Shown here one piece after another: positions 30,111-39,600 of a stretch of 64,000 bases of DNA. The stretch's first letter is position 1, and the number at the start of each line of letters is the position of its first letter. Both the position numbers and the translations under genes were made by a program. Source of the DNA: a virus (Duplodnaviria; Caudoviricetes); the IMG/VR virus record IMGVR_UViG_3300030376_006242; one strand, 5' to 3'. Below the pieces are notes generated by a model. That model saw only the letters and a list, made by a program, of their open reading frames with translations. It was not told where the DNA came from and did no database searches.

Positions 30111-31199
30111 ATGTTAGAAGCACTGAAATCACTTTTTGAAAACAACGCAATTTCGGAAGAGATCAGAGCAGAAATCGAACAAGCATGGAACCAGAAGGTT
30201 GAAGAAAACAAACTTTCTGCCACTGCTGAACTTCGTTCAGAGTTTGCTGAGAAGTATGAACACGACAAAGCAACTTTAACAGACGCTGTTGACAAAATGG
30301 TATCTGAAAGAATAGAAGCAGAAATGGCAGAGTTCGCAGAAGACAAGAAGCAATTAGCAGAAGAAAAAGTTAAGTATGCTACTCAAATCCGTGAACACTC
30401 AGACAAATTAAAGTCGTTTGTTTTTGAACAACTTAAAGGTGAAGTTGCTGAATTACACGCAGACCAAAAAGTTATGGCAGAAAACTTCCAGAAACTTGAG
30501 GAATTCGTAGTTGATGCTCTATCTAAAGAAATCGCAGAGTTTCAAAAAGACAAACAAGACGTTGCTGAGACAAAAGTACGTCTTATCAGAGAAGCGAAGG
30601 CACATTTTGAAAAAGTTAGAAATAACTTTGTGAAAAAAGGTGCTAGTAAAGTGTCAGAAGTAGTGGGCAAAACTCTACAAAAAGAGATTAGTTCATTAAA
30701 AGATGACATTGAAGCGGCTCGCAAAAATGACTTTGGTCGCAGACTGTTTGAATCTTACGCACAAGAATACACACAATCATTCTTGAACGAAAAAGGTGAA
30801 ACAGCCAAACTTCTAAAAGTAGTGGACATGGCGAAACTACAGGCGGAAGAAGCGAAGAAGACAGCCGAAGAGAACAAAAAGCAGATTGAAGCAAAAGAAA
30901 AAGAAATTGTTACAATCAAAGAAGCGGCTGAGAGAGAAAAAGTAATCAATGAGTTAGTAACTCCATTGAACACTGAACAAAAAGAAATAATGAACAACTT
31001 ACTGGAGAGTGTGCAGACGGGTGCTTTACGAAAGCAATTCGAAAAGTACATTCCGTCCGTACTAAACGGTAGGACTCCAGCGAAAAAACAGGCTATAAAT
31101 GAAGGCACAGAAGTAACAGGCGATAAACAAACAAACATTGTAAACGGCAGTCAGTTCAACAGTAACATTGTTGACATTAGAAGACTGGCGGGTATATAA
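30111..31199 (+). CDS. gp22: Prohead core scaffolding protein
   Basis: Coiled-coil E/K-rich protein between gp21 and gp23. Confidence 0.8.
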   Translation: MLEALKSLFENNAISEEIRAEIEQAWNQKVEENKLSATAELRSEFAEKYEHDKATLTDAVDKMVSERIEAEMAEFAEDKKQLAEEKVKYATQIREHSDKLKSFVFEQLKGEVAELHADQKVMAENFQKLEEFVVDALSKEIAEFQKDKQDVAETKVRLIREAKAHFEKVRNNFVKKGASKVSEVVGKTLQKEISSLKDDIEAARKNDFGRRLFESYAQEYTQSFLNEKGETAKLLKVVDMAKLQAEEAKKTAEENKKQIEAKEKEIVTIKEAAEREKVINELVTPLNTEQKEIMNNLLESVQTGALRKQFEKYIPSVLNGRTPAKKQAINEGTEVTGDKQTNIVNGSQFNSNIVDIRRLAGI

Positions 31200-31215
31200 A
31201 AAGGAGAAAAAAACA

Positions 31216-32394
31216 ATGTCAGAACTAACAGAAACTCGCTGGCAGGACACAAAGAGTGCGTTATTAGAAGGCTTAACTGGAAATAAAAAAGCAGTTATGG
31301 CGGCTACTTTAGAAAATACGAAAGCGTATTTGGCTGAGGCGGCAACAGCAGGTGCTACATCGGCTGGTAACGTTGCTACTTTAAACAGAGTGATCCTACC
31401 GGTGATCAGAAGGGTTATGCCTACTGTGATCGCTAACGAATTGGTTGGAGTTCAACCAATGACTGGCCCAGTTGGTCAAATCCACACATTAAGAGTAAGA
31501 TACGCAGAGACAAACAACGCGACTGGTACAGCAAATGATGTAACAGCAGGCGATGAGGCTCTATCTCCGTTCAAAATAGGTCAAGCCTATTCAGGTGACG
31601 GCACAGGTGGTCTTGGTGACGCGACAGCGGCTAAAGAGGGTACTGGTGGTAGAGCAATGTCAATCCAAATCTTGAAACAAACGGTTGAAGCAAAATCACG
31701 TAAGTTACAAGCAAGATGGACATTTGAATCTGCTCAAGATGCTCAAGCACAACAAGGTATTGATGTAGAGGCTGAAATCATGGCGGCATTAGCACAAGAA
31801 ATTACTGCTGAAATCGACCAAGAGATCATCACTTCATTAAGAACTTTAGCAGGTGCTCAATCATCTGGAACATACAACCAAGCGGCAGTATCAGGTACGG
31901 CAACATTCGTAGGTGATGAACACGCGGCTTTGGCTGTTGTTATAAACAGAGCGGCGAACAAAATCGCACAAAACACAAGACGTGGTGCTGGTAATTTTGC
32001 AGTGGTTTCACCATTAGCATTAACAGTACTTCAGTCAGCAACAACTTCAGCGTTCGCAAGAACAACTGAAGGAACGTTTGAAGCACCAACTAACCAAAAA
32101 ATGGTTGGAACTTTAAACAGTGCGATGAAAATCTACGTAGATACATATGCGGCTGATGATACAGACGTATTAGTAGGTTACAAAGGTTCATCAGAAGCAG
32201 ATGCGGCGGCATTCTATTGCCCATACATTCCGTTAATGTCTTCTGGTGTTGTACTTGATCCAGGTACGTTTGAACCAGTTGTTTCTTTCATGACTAGATA
32301 TGGTTATGTTGAGTTAAACAATACTGCTTCATCACTAGGTAACGCGGCAGATTACGTTGAGACTATTGGTGTGTCTAACACATCTTTCAGTTAA
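31216..32394 (+). CDS. gp23: Major capsid protein
   Basis: RR.MP..IA.E.VGVQPMTGP.G.I, VEAKSRKL.A.WT.E.AQD, EI.AEID.EII, FYCPYIPL, FMTRYG. ATG at 31216 follows an AGGAG RBS. Confidence 0.97.
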   Translation: MSELTETRWQDTKSALLEGLTGNKKAVMAATLENTKAYLAEAATAGATSAGNVATLNRVILPVIRRVMPTVIANELVGVQPMTGPVGQIHTLRVRYAETNNATGTANDVTAGDEALSPFKIGQAYSGDGTGGLGDATAAKEGTGGRAMSIQILKQTVEAKSRKLQARWTFESAQDAQAQQGIDVEAEIMAALAQEITAEIDQEIITSLRTLAGAQSSGTYNQAAVSGTATFVGDEHAALAVVINRAANKIAQNTRRGAGNFAVVSPLALTVLQSATTSAFARTTEGTFEAPTNQKMVGTLNSAMKIYVDTYAADDTDVLVGYKGSSEADAAAFYCPYIPLMSSGVVLDPGTFEPVVSFMTRYGYVELNNTASSLGNAADYVETIGVSNTSFS

Positions 32395-32417
32395 TCCGTA
32401 ACTTGAACGATATATTG

Positions 32418-32441
32418 AAGGGGGCTTCGGCCCCCTTTTTT
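32418..32441 (+). terminator. Rho-independent terminator after the capsid gene
   Basis: AAGGGGGC-TTCG-GCCCCCTT followed by a T-run. Confidence 0.9.
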
Positions 32442-32460
32442 ATTGACTTTTTTATCAGAC

Positions 32461-32489
32461 TTGACAGATTAACCAAAATCTGTTATAAT
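32461..32489 (+). promoter_or_regulatory. Sigma70-type promoter with extended -10
   Basis: TTGACA-17 nt-TATAAT, with TG upstream of the -10. Confidence 0.85.
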
Positions 32490-32517
32490 TATTACGAAAA
32501 CTCTAACAAGGAAACAA

Positions 32518-32724
32518 ATGAAAAAAATAGCATTAATATTAGCAACGTTGTTCATAGTATCTGCTTGTTCAATTCCAAAAAATCCAAAAGTTTCTTTTGG
32601 AAAAAAATGTATGGTAAAAGACGAAAGTGTCAGTTACTCTTACGTTTGGTTATATGATAAGAACACAGGCTTACCTGCATCAGCAGAACAGTGTGAAGCA
32701 CTACCTAACGCAAAAGGCAAATAA
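32518..32724 (+). CDS. Small lipoprotein
   Basis: MKK + hydrophobic stretch + lipobox VSAC. Confidence 0.75.
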   Translation: MKKIALILATLFIVSACSIPKNPKVSFGKKCMVKDESVSYSYVWLYDKNTGLPASAEQCEALPNAKGK

Positions 32725-32729
32725 ACTTC

Positions 32730-33530
32730 ATGGACCTAATTCAGCCATTGTTTTTGAACCAATCAGGTAGAACAGAAACGGCTGAATTAGGCGTAGCCAA
32801 TAGTAGTTGGTCACAAACTTTTATCTTTGATGTAATTCAAAAAGACATAGACAAAGGTGTAGACAGTTTCTTACTGTTTATTAAACCAGAAGAAAAAACA
32901 TGGACTCCTGATTGGAACTACCAAGCAGAGATGGTAGCCAAAATTAAAAAACAATTTCCAAAAATACAATTGATTGTAGATGTTTGTTTGTGTTCTACTT
33001 TGCCAGATGGTCATTGTAGAGTGATGGACAAACCAGACACCAGTGAAGCACTGTTAATCAACTTGGGTAAGAAATTAGAATCAGCAGGTGCAGACATATT
33101 GGCTCCATCAGACATGGGAGACAACACAGTGCAAAATTTAAAAGCAGAAACAGACTGTGAAGTAATGGCGTATGTAAAATATAGAAGTGTGTTTTACAGT
33201 TCATTTAGAAATTTAGCAGACAGCACACCAACAACTGAAAGAACATATCAGTTGCCTATCAATGGTGATTCAGGAATGATTGCCACAGCAAATAAATTTA
33301 GAAGTCAAAAAGCAGATTATCTCCTACTTAAACCAGCACAGCACAGTTTGAATGATTTAGGCATGATATCCATCAGTACATATAATCCAGTAGGATTGTA
33401 TCAAGTGAGTGATGAATATCTAGGATTGCCCACTGTAGAGCATCAAATAGAAATTGCTAAAGTGTATCGCAAAGCAGGTGCTAAATTTTTAGTCACATAC
33501 GGAGCAAGAGATATAATTGGGAAAATTTAA
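32730..33530 (+). CDS. hemB: Porphobilinogen synthase (ALA dehydratase), N-terminal arm missing
   Basis: DVCLC-x7-C zinc triad, AGADILAPSDM, Y.KY, FYSSFR, RTYQL, ADYLLLKPA, YQVS.EY, AGA...VTY.A. Confidence 0.88.
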   Translation: MDLIQPLFLNQSGRTETAELGVANSSWSQTFIFDVIQKDIDKGVDSFLLFIKPEEKTWTPDWNYQAEMVAKIKKQFPKIQLIVDVCLCSTLPDGHCRVMDKPDTSEALLINLGKKLESAGADILAPSDMGDNTVQNLKAETDCEVMAYVKYRSVFYSSFRNLADSTPTTERTYQLPINGDSGMIATANKFRSQKADYLLLKPAQHSLNDLGMISISTYNPVGLYQVSDEYLGLPTVEHQIEIAKVYRKAGAKFLVTYGARDIIGKI

Positions 33531-33802
33531 TGGAACACGAAAAGATACTGATAGAATTTAAAGAATACATGGATAGACTTCAAATATGGAAGAAAAATCA
33601 TGGTATATTCATCAATGACATAAAGAAACTGGAAAACTCAATGAATAAAATGTATGATGAATACACTAATATTTTAGTTGATTACCGTAGAACCAAAAAA
33701 GACAGATACCTAGAAGAAGCCAATAAAGTGCTGTTAGAAGCAATAAATCTAGCAAAAAAATTCTCAAAAGTAGAACTATTGGCATCACTCAGCAAACGAT
33801 AA
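33530..33802 (+). CDS. Hypothetical helical protein
   Basis: 90-aa ORF, translationally coupled to hemB. Confidence 0.6.
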   Translation: MEHEKILIEFKEYMDRLQIWKKNHGIFINDIKKLENSMNKMYDEYTNILVDYRRTKKDRYLEEANKVLLEAINLAKKFSKVELLASLSKR

Positions 33803-33808
33803 ATACCT

Positions 33809-33905
33809 TTAGTTCAAACGAACTTTGGCATAATGTCAAAGTCTTATGCAGTAATAACCCACTGCGTACCGGATAGAACCCGGATTGGACTTCTAAAATA
33901 GGAGA
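33809..33905 (+). promoter_or_regulatory. Structured 5' leader downstream of a late promoter (TAAATA 33800-33805)
   Basis: Three-way junction plus a possible pseudoknot ending just before the AGGAG RBS. Confidence 0.5.
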
Positions 33906-33911
33906 AAACAA

Positions 33912-34370
33912 ATGGGAAGACCACTTAACAAAAGACTGTTCACAACAGCGGCTGGCGGTGCAACTGCGGCGGCAAGTGAAATTAAAGTCAACTTTCACAA
34001 TGGTTCATCAGTTGTTGAAGGTACTATCGTAAGGCAAAAAGGATCTAAAAAATTCGTAGTTGCTGAAACTGGTGCCACTGACACTGAAATCACTTGTACA
34101 TTGGTATCTGGAAAATTACCTGCGGCATTAACTTCAGGCGAAATGACAATATCAGTACAAGGTTCTGACAATGAAACTTACGGCGTAAGCAAAATTTCAG
34201 GACGTACTTTGACAGTTGCTAAACCAAGCAATACTGGATCAAACGCATTAGACGGACAAAAACTCGCATGGGATTTTGCGGCGGCTAGTGCTGGTAAAGT
34301 AAAAGTTGAAGAAGCGGGTGATGACGACGTTGCTAACTCAGACGACGACGACTTCACAGATGACGCATAA
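33912..34370 (+). CDS. Conserved phage protein, probable virion structural
   Basis: 152 aa, MGRPLNK..., I.RQKGSKKF.V. Strong RBS. Confidence 0.6.
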   Translation: MGRPLNKRLFTTAAGGATAAASEIKVNFHNGSSVVEGTIVRQKGSKKFVVAETGATDTEITCTLVSGKLPAALTSGEMTISVQGSDNETYGVSKISGRTLTVAKPSNTGSNALDGQKLAWDFAAASAGKVKVEEAGDDDVANSDDDDFTDDA

Positions 34371-34382
34371 TATAAAATACAG

Positions 34383-34408
34383 TTTAGGGAGTGGCAACAC
34401 TCCCTAAA
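34383..34408. terminator. Intergenic 11-bp hairpin with GCAA tetraloop (terminator or stability element)
   Basis: TTTAGGGAGTG-GCAA-CACTCCCTAAA. No clear U-tract. Confidence 0.6.
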
Positions 34409-34420
34409 TTATAAAAAACT

Positions 34421-35434
34421 ATGGCAAAAACAGTTTATATAGAAACAGGTGATTACAAAATTAAGGTAGCAGATACCAGTAATGAAATTACATTAGATTC
34501 TGCTTTAACTCATATCACAGGTGATTTAAGAGTTGAAGGAAACACAACCACTGTCAACACAACAAACTTAGAAATCGAAGATAACAATATTCTTTTAAAC
34601 AAGAATGAAGCAGGTGCAGGTGTTGGTGAAGGCACAGCAGGTGTTAGTATCGATAGAGGTACATACGCAAACGTACAAATAATTTATGACGAATCAATAG
34701 CATGGAACAATCCAAGCACACAAACAGTTTCACAAGGACCAGGACTACAAGGTCCAGGATATGGTTCTTTCAAAGTTTCATCAACAGATGGAAATGACAT
34801 TTTAGCATTAAGAGTTGCCAACATAAACAACACAAACGCAATTTATTTTGAACCAGGTGGAACGGGCACTTTGAGATTAGGTGGCAGTATTGCTCCAGCA
34901 AACTACATCAGCAGAATGAACGATGACAACGATATTCCAAATAAAAAATATGTTGATGATGAAATTAATGCTGTTGTAATTGGTGCGGCATTTCCTAGAA
35001 TAGTTCAAGATGACACAGAAGTAAAAATAACAGACAACAGTGTATCTGGTAACACATCTAAAATAGAAGTTACTATTGATGGAACATTATTAGGATTATG
35101 GGAGCCTACAAGATTTGAATTATACCAACAAACAACAGATATTGCTAACATAAGAATTGAAGGTGACACAATCAGTGGATTAAATTCAAATCAAGATTTA
35201 GAATTGGTAGCACCGGGTACGGGTTCAGTAAGGGCAAATGACTCGTTCGTTATCAACAATAGACCAAGTGTGCAGGATCCTGCTGTAGACCCGTTATATG
35301 ACGCCAATGGCGTTAAATTGTATGCTAAATCACCATCTGGTGGAGATACAGGATTATATTTTGTAAATACAAACGATACAAGAGGAGAAGTGATCAGCAA
35401 GAACAGAGCACTGCTTTTTGGATTAATTTTTTAA
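34421..35434 (+). CDS. Virion structural/fibre-associated protein
   Basis: ITGDL.VEG.TTTVNTTNL.IEDN.ILLN and IDRG motifs common in phage fibre proteins. Confidence 0.65.
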   Translation: MAKTVYIETGDYKIKVADTSNEITLDSALTHITGDLRVEGNTTTVNTTNLEIEDNNILLNKNEAGAGVGEGTAGVSIDRGTYANVQIIYDESIAWNNPSTQTVSQGPGLQGPGYGSFKVSSTDGNDILALRVANINNTNAIYFEPGGTGTLRLGGSIAPANYISRMNDDNDIPNKKYVDDEINAVVIGAAFPRIVQDDTEVKITDNSVSGNTSKIEVTIDGTLLGLWEPTRFELYQQTTDIANIRIEGDTISGLNSNQDLELVAPGTGSVRANDSFVINNRPSVQDPAVDPLYDANGVKLYAKSPSGGDTGLYFVNTNDTRGEVISKNRALLFGLIF

Positions 35435-35444
35435 AGGAGAAACG

Positions 35445-35771
35445 ATGGCAATAACAAACTCAGAAGTAAACGGAACAGTAGACGTTCTTACAGTACCTGC
35501 AGGCAAAAGTTATGCTGTTACATCTATATTGATCACAAACGTTGGACCAGAAGCCTCAGATGGCAGTGAAGACAGTAACTTCACATTGTACGCTGTTACA
35601 GGTTCTTACAGTTCAAATGCATCAATGATAGTTAACAACGCATTACTTCCTGGAGCAGAAACTTTTACACTAGATACAGAAAAAATAGTGTTGGGTGCTG
35701 GAGACTTTATCAGAGTTGCTCAATCAGGTAATAACAATATTTCAGTTGTGGTTAGTTACTTGGAGGTGTAA
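35445..35771 (+). CDS. Small beta-rich virion protein (paralog of 43687 and 57101)
   Basis: T.PA....V..I...N and EKIVL..GD...V...SY.E pattern. Confidence 0.6.
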   Translation: MAITNSEVNGTVDVLTVPAGKSYAVTSILITNVGPEASDGSEDSNFTLYAVTGSYSSNASMIVNNALLPGAETFTLDTEKIVLGAGDFIRVAQSGNNNISVVVSYLEV

Positions 35772-36568
35772 TGAGATATTTAAAACGTCAATCAACAAAT
35801 AGAAGACTCCTACGAGGTAAAGGTTTAATTTACACTCAGTATGAAGAAATTGAAGCACAATCTACAGGTGCTTTTTTAGTTCCTAAAGGAACTCAAGCAC
35901 AACGTCCTGGATCACCAACAGAAGGACAATTAAGATTCAACACAACATTAAGACAACTAGAAGTTTATGAATCATTAGGTGGTGGTGCACCTGTTTGGAA
36001 ACAGTTTAGATTATCTGAAGCACAAAATATTGTTGTACAAAATTTAAGTAATGGTGATGATGTAGAAGTAAACTTTGGAGGATTAAATGATGGATTTGGA
36101 TCAGGTTTAGGTTATCCAACTTCACCAGAAAATATTTTAGTAATGGTTGAAAACGTTTTACAAATTCCAAACACAAACTACACTTTAACACAAAATCCAT
36201 GTGATGTAAACAGCAATATTATAAGTGCTGTCGCAAATTACAATTCTACAGGAGTTGGTGCTTTTATCAGTGGCAACACTGCTTTGATTGATTGGCAGTC
36301 AAAAGGTTATCATGTTGGACAAACTGTGGTAGTTTCAGGTTCAGCAACAAATGACGGCACGTACACAGTGTCAGCAGTTACTCCACAATATTTGAGCGTG
36401 ACTACATTGTTGAACACAGAAGCAAACAATGGTGGTGGAAACACATTCAACATGGATGGAAAAAGTTCTGTAACAGGATTATCTTACCCAGCAGGACAAT
36501 ATATTACATTTGGAACGGCAGTTCCAACAGGTAAACCAGTCACTGTTTTACACAACTTTGACAAATAA
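35771..36568 (+). CDS. Virion structural/fibre protein
   Basis: LVPKGT.AQRP..P..GQLRFNT....EVY fibre motif, and V.VENVLQIP. Confidence 0.6.
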   Translation: MRYLKRQSTNRRLLRGKGLIYTQYEEIEAQSTGAFLVPKGTQAQRPGSPTEGQLRFNTTLRQLEVYESLGGGAPVWKQFRLSEAQNIVVQNLSNGDDVEVNFGGLNDGFGSGLGYPTSPENILVMVENVLQIPNTNYTLTQNPCDVNSNIISAVANYNSTGVGAFISGNTALIDWQSKGYHVGQTVVVSGSATNDGTYTVSAVTPQYLSVTTLLNTEANNGGGNTFNMDGKSSVTGLSYPAGQYITFGTAVPTGKPVTVLHNFDK

Positions 36569-36609
36569 TACCTTTACCAAATTTCAATAAATACTAAAAA
36601 AGGAGCACT

Positions 36610-39600
36610 ATGGCTGTAACCAATGTAGGTAGAATATCAGGACCATTATTAAAAGCAAATCTTACAAGAACATCTGATTTGGCTTTTGAAACGGATCTTT
36701 TATACATCGGACACACTAACGGCAGAATAGGTGTAAAAAGCGATGCTCCTACAAGAGATTTTCAAGTTAATGGTAATGCTAGATACACAGGCGATTTAAT
36801 TGCCACAAACTCCGCATCATTTGGAAACTTAGAAATTGATGGTTTAACCAGTACATTCTCAACATTTACTGGTCCAATCAATATGAATGCCACTACAAAA
36901 TTCCAAATGACTGAATTACGTACAGGAAATTTAGCATTTACAAACAGTGGTATAAGAGCATACAACGGTCAAAATATTGAAATTGCACCAGGACCGGGAA
37001 CAGGTAAAGTAATAATTCCATCAGACCTTAATACAACAGGAAGTATTCATGCTACTGGAGATATTTCTTTTGACGGAAATATTTTTATAGGTGGTGATGG
37101 TCCAGAAGATACTTTAAGTTTCAAAGGCGATATAGAATCAGATTTAATTCCTGATGTCACAGGCACTTATAATATTGGTTCAACTTCACAACGTTGGGGC
37201 GATGTTCATGTTGGTTCCATGACTGGTTTAAATGATATTGTTGTTGATAATACTATTTCTTTAGCAGGTGTAAGAGTAAACTTAGGTATTGAAAACAAAT
37301 GGTATGTAAGTACAAATGGAACTGATAACCTAGCAGGTAATCACCCTAACTTCGCATTTGGAACAATACGTCATGCACTTCAATACATTGAAGAAAGCAC
37401 AGCAGGACCACATCAATTACATATTTTACCAGGAACTTATATAGAACAATTTCCTTTAGAAGTACCAGCAAACGTAACAGTAAAAGGTGCAGGTATCCGT
37501 TCAGTAACAATTAAACCAAATGTTCCAGGAAGATATCAAGATGCATTTTTAATGAATGATGGTTCTTCTGTAACTGATTTAACAATTAAAAATTTCCATT
37601 ATAGTGCTAGTCTAGACAGAGGTTATGGATTTAGATTTGCTCCTAACGCCGGTATAGTTACCAAGTCACCTTATATACAAAACGTTTCAGTTGTTACTCA
37701 AGGCGACAATCGTACAGCCACTGACCCAAGAGGATTTGATTCAGGTGACGCAGGTAGAGGTGCTTTAGTAGATGGAAATGTTTTAGATACAGCATCTCCA
37801 AGAGCAAGTATGCTTTTCAATGGTGTAACATTTATCACTCCAGGCGCAGATGCTGTTACAGTTAAAAATGGATCAAGAATAGAATTTATAGATTGCTTTA
37901 CGTACTTCGCAAACAGAGGTTTGTATTTAGAACACTCGTTAAATCAATACACGCCAACAGGAGGAAGTTATAATCCTGCGACTGGTGTAATGAGTTTGAC
38001 CGTTGGCAATCACTCGATGAGAGTTGGTGAAACAATCACTATCGCAAATAACAGTTTGACTTTCACGTGTGCTATGGACAATCATCAAACAGATCACACT
38101 TACCCAAGAGCAACAGATCCTTATTCAGGAAAAAAGATTACAATTACAGACACAACCGCAACGTCTATTACTTGTAATGTTGGTATATCCAGCAACACAT
38201 CAGCACACACATTCAAAAGTGCTACTGCCAATGCTGTAACAGAAGGCACAATGAACGAAGCAAGAGTAATTGCTAGTGCCACAGTTTATGGTAATCAAGG
38301 TGTTGTAGCAGACGGTAATGGTTGTTTAGCATATTTGATAAGTCATAACTTTGCTTATGTTGGTGCAGGAAAAAATGTAGAAAATGATGTAGACAGCATT
38401 GATCAAGCAAATGAAGTTGTAACAACAAATAATGCTAAAGTTCATTTTGTTAGTCAAGACCAAGGCGGAGATTTTAGAGTTGGTGATAATTTTATTGTGG
38501 ACCTAGCAAAAGGTACAACATCAATAGCAGTAAATGAAGGTGACCTTGGTGCTTCAACATTAACAATTGGTGTACAAGGTAAACAAACTCTTGTTGATGC
38601 TACTAAAATAGATGTACCTAATTTTAGAATTAAAGATAATAAAATTCAAACTTTAAACAATGGATTTACAATAAGTGCTGTTGGATCAAATAATATAAAT
38701 TTAAATTCAAATGTTTTAATGCCTAATGTAGATGTTACAGGTAATGCTACAATTGGCGGATCAGGAATAAATTTTGGAAATGAAGCAGGTGACACTGTTG
38801 ATTTTGCTATGGAGTTTGAACAAGATTTATTACCAACGAACAACACTCAAAGCAACATTGGTTCACAAACAAAGAATTGGAAATCAACTAATTCATCAAG
38901 AATCGCATTAGATAACATTGATATTCATAACAACATAATACAAACTACAGACACAAATTCACAATTAGAATTAAGAGCAAATGGCACAGGTAAAGTTAAT
39001 TTAGAAGATATTGGTTTTAAAACAACAGTAACTTCAGAACAAGGAGATGTAGCATTTAGTGGTGGAGCAACAAGCACAATTATAGACACAACAAGTCATA
39101 TATTGCTACCATCAGGCACGTCAGCACAAAATCCTAATCAAGGAAATGCTGTAAGATTTGATTCAAGTATAAATGAATTTGAATTATTTTCAACAGGTAA
39201 AATAGCACTAAATGGAATCAAAGATGGTGACCGAGACACTTACATAGATTTAAGCAATAATAAATTTACTTTTTACGCAGATAACACTTCTATTGGTGAA
39301 ATAGATGGTGCTGGAAATTTAATTGTTAATAGGTTTTCAAGTCAGGATCAATTTGCTATAGATGGCAACACAGTTACAGTGGGTACTGCTTCAAATCCTC
39401 AAGCAGGATTTACAGCAAATGGCACAGGTAAAGTTTTACTAGACACTGCTAATCTATCAGTATCTGGCGGTGTTATTGAAAACAGTGTGGTAGACGCAGA
39501 TATCACTTTTACTGGTACAGGTGTAAAACAAAATAGAACAGTAACATTTGACTCAACAAATGGTTATGTAGGACCATTTGGAACAGGTGTACAAAGAGAT

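Noticed and set aside
31168-31215. N-terminal extension of the capsid ORF in the track
   Set aside because: Overlaps gp22. The AGGAG RBS supports the ATG at 31216.
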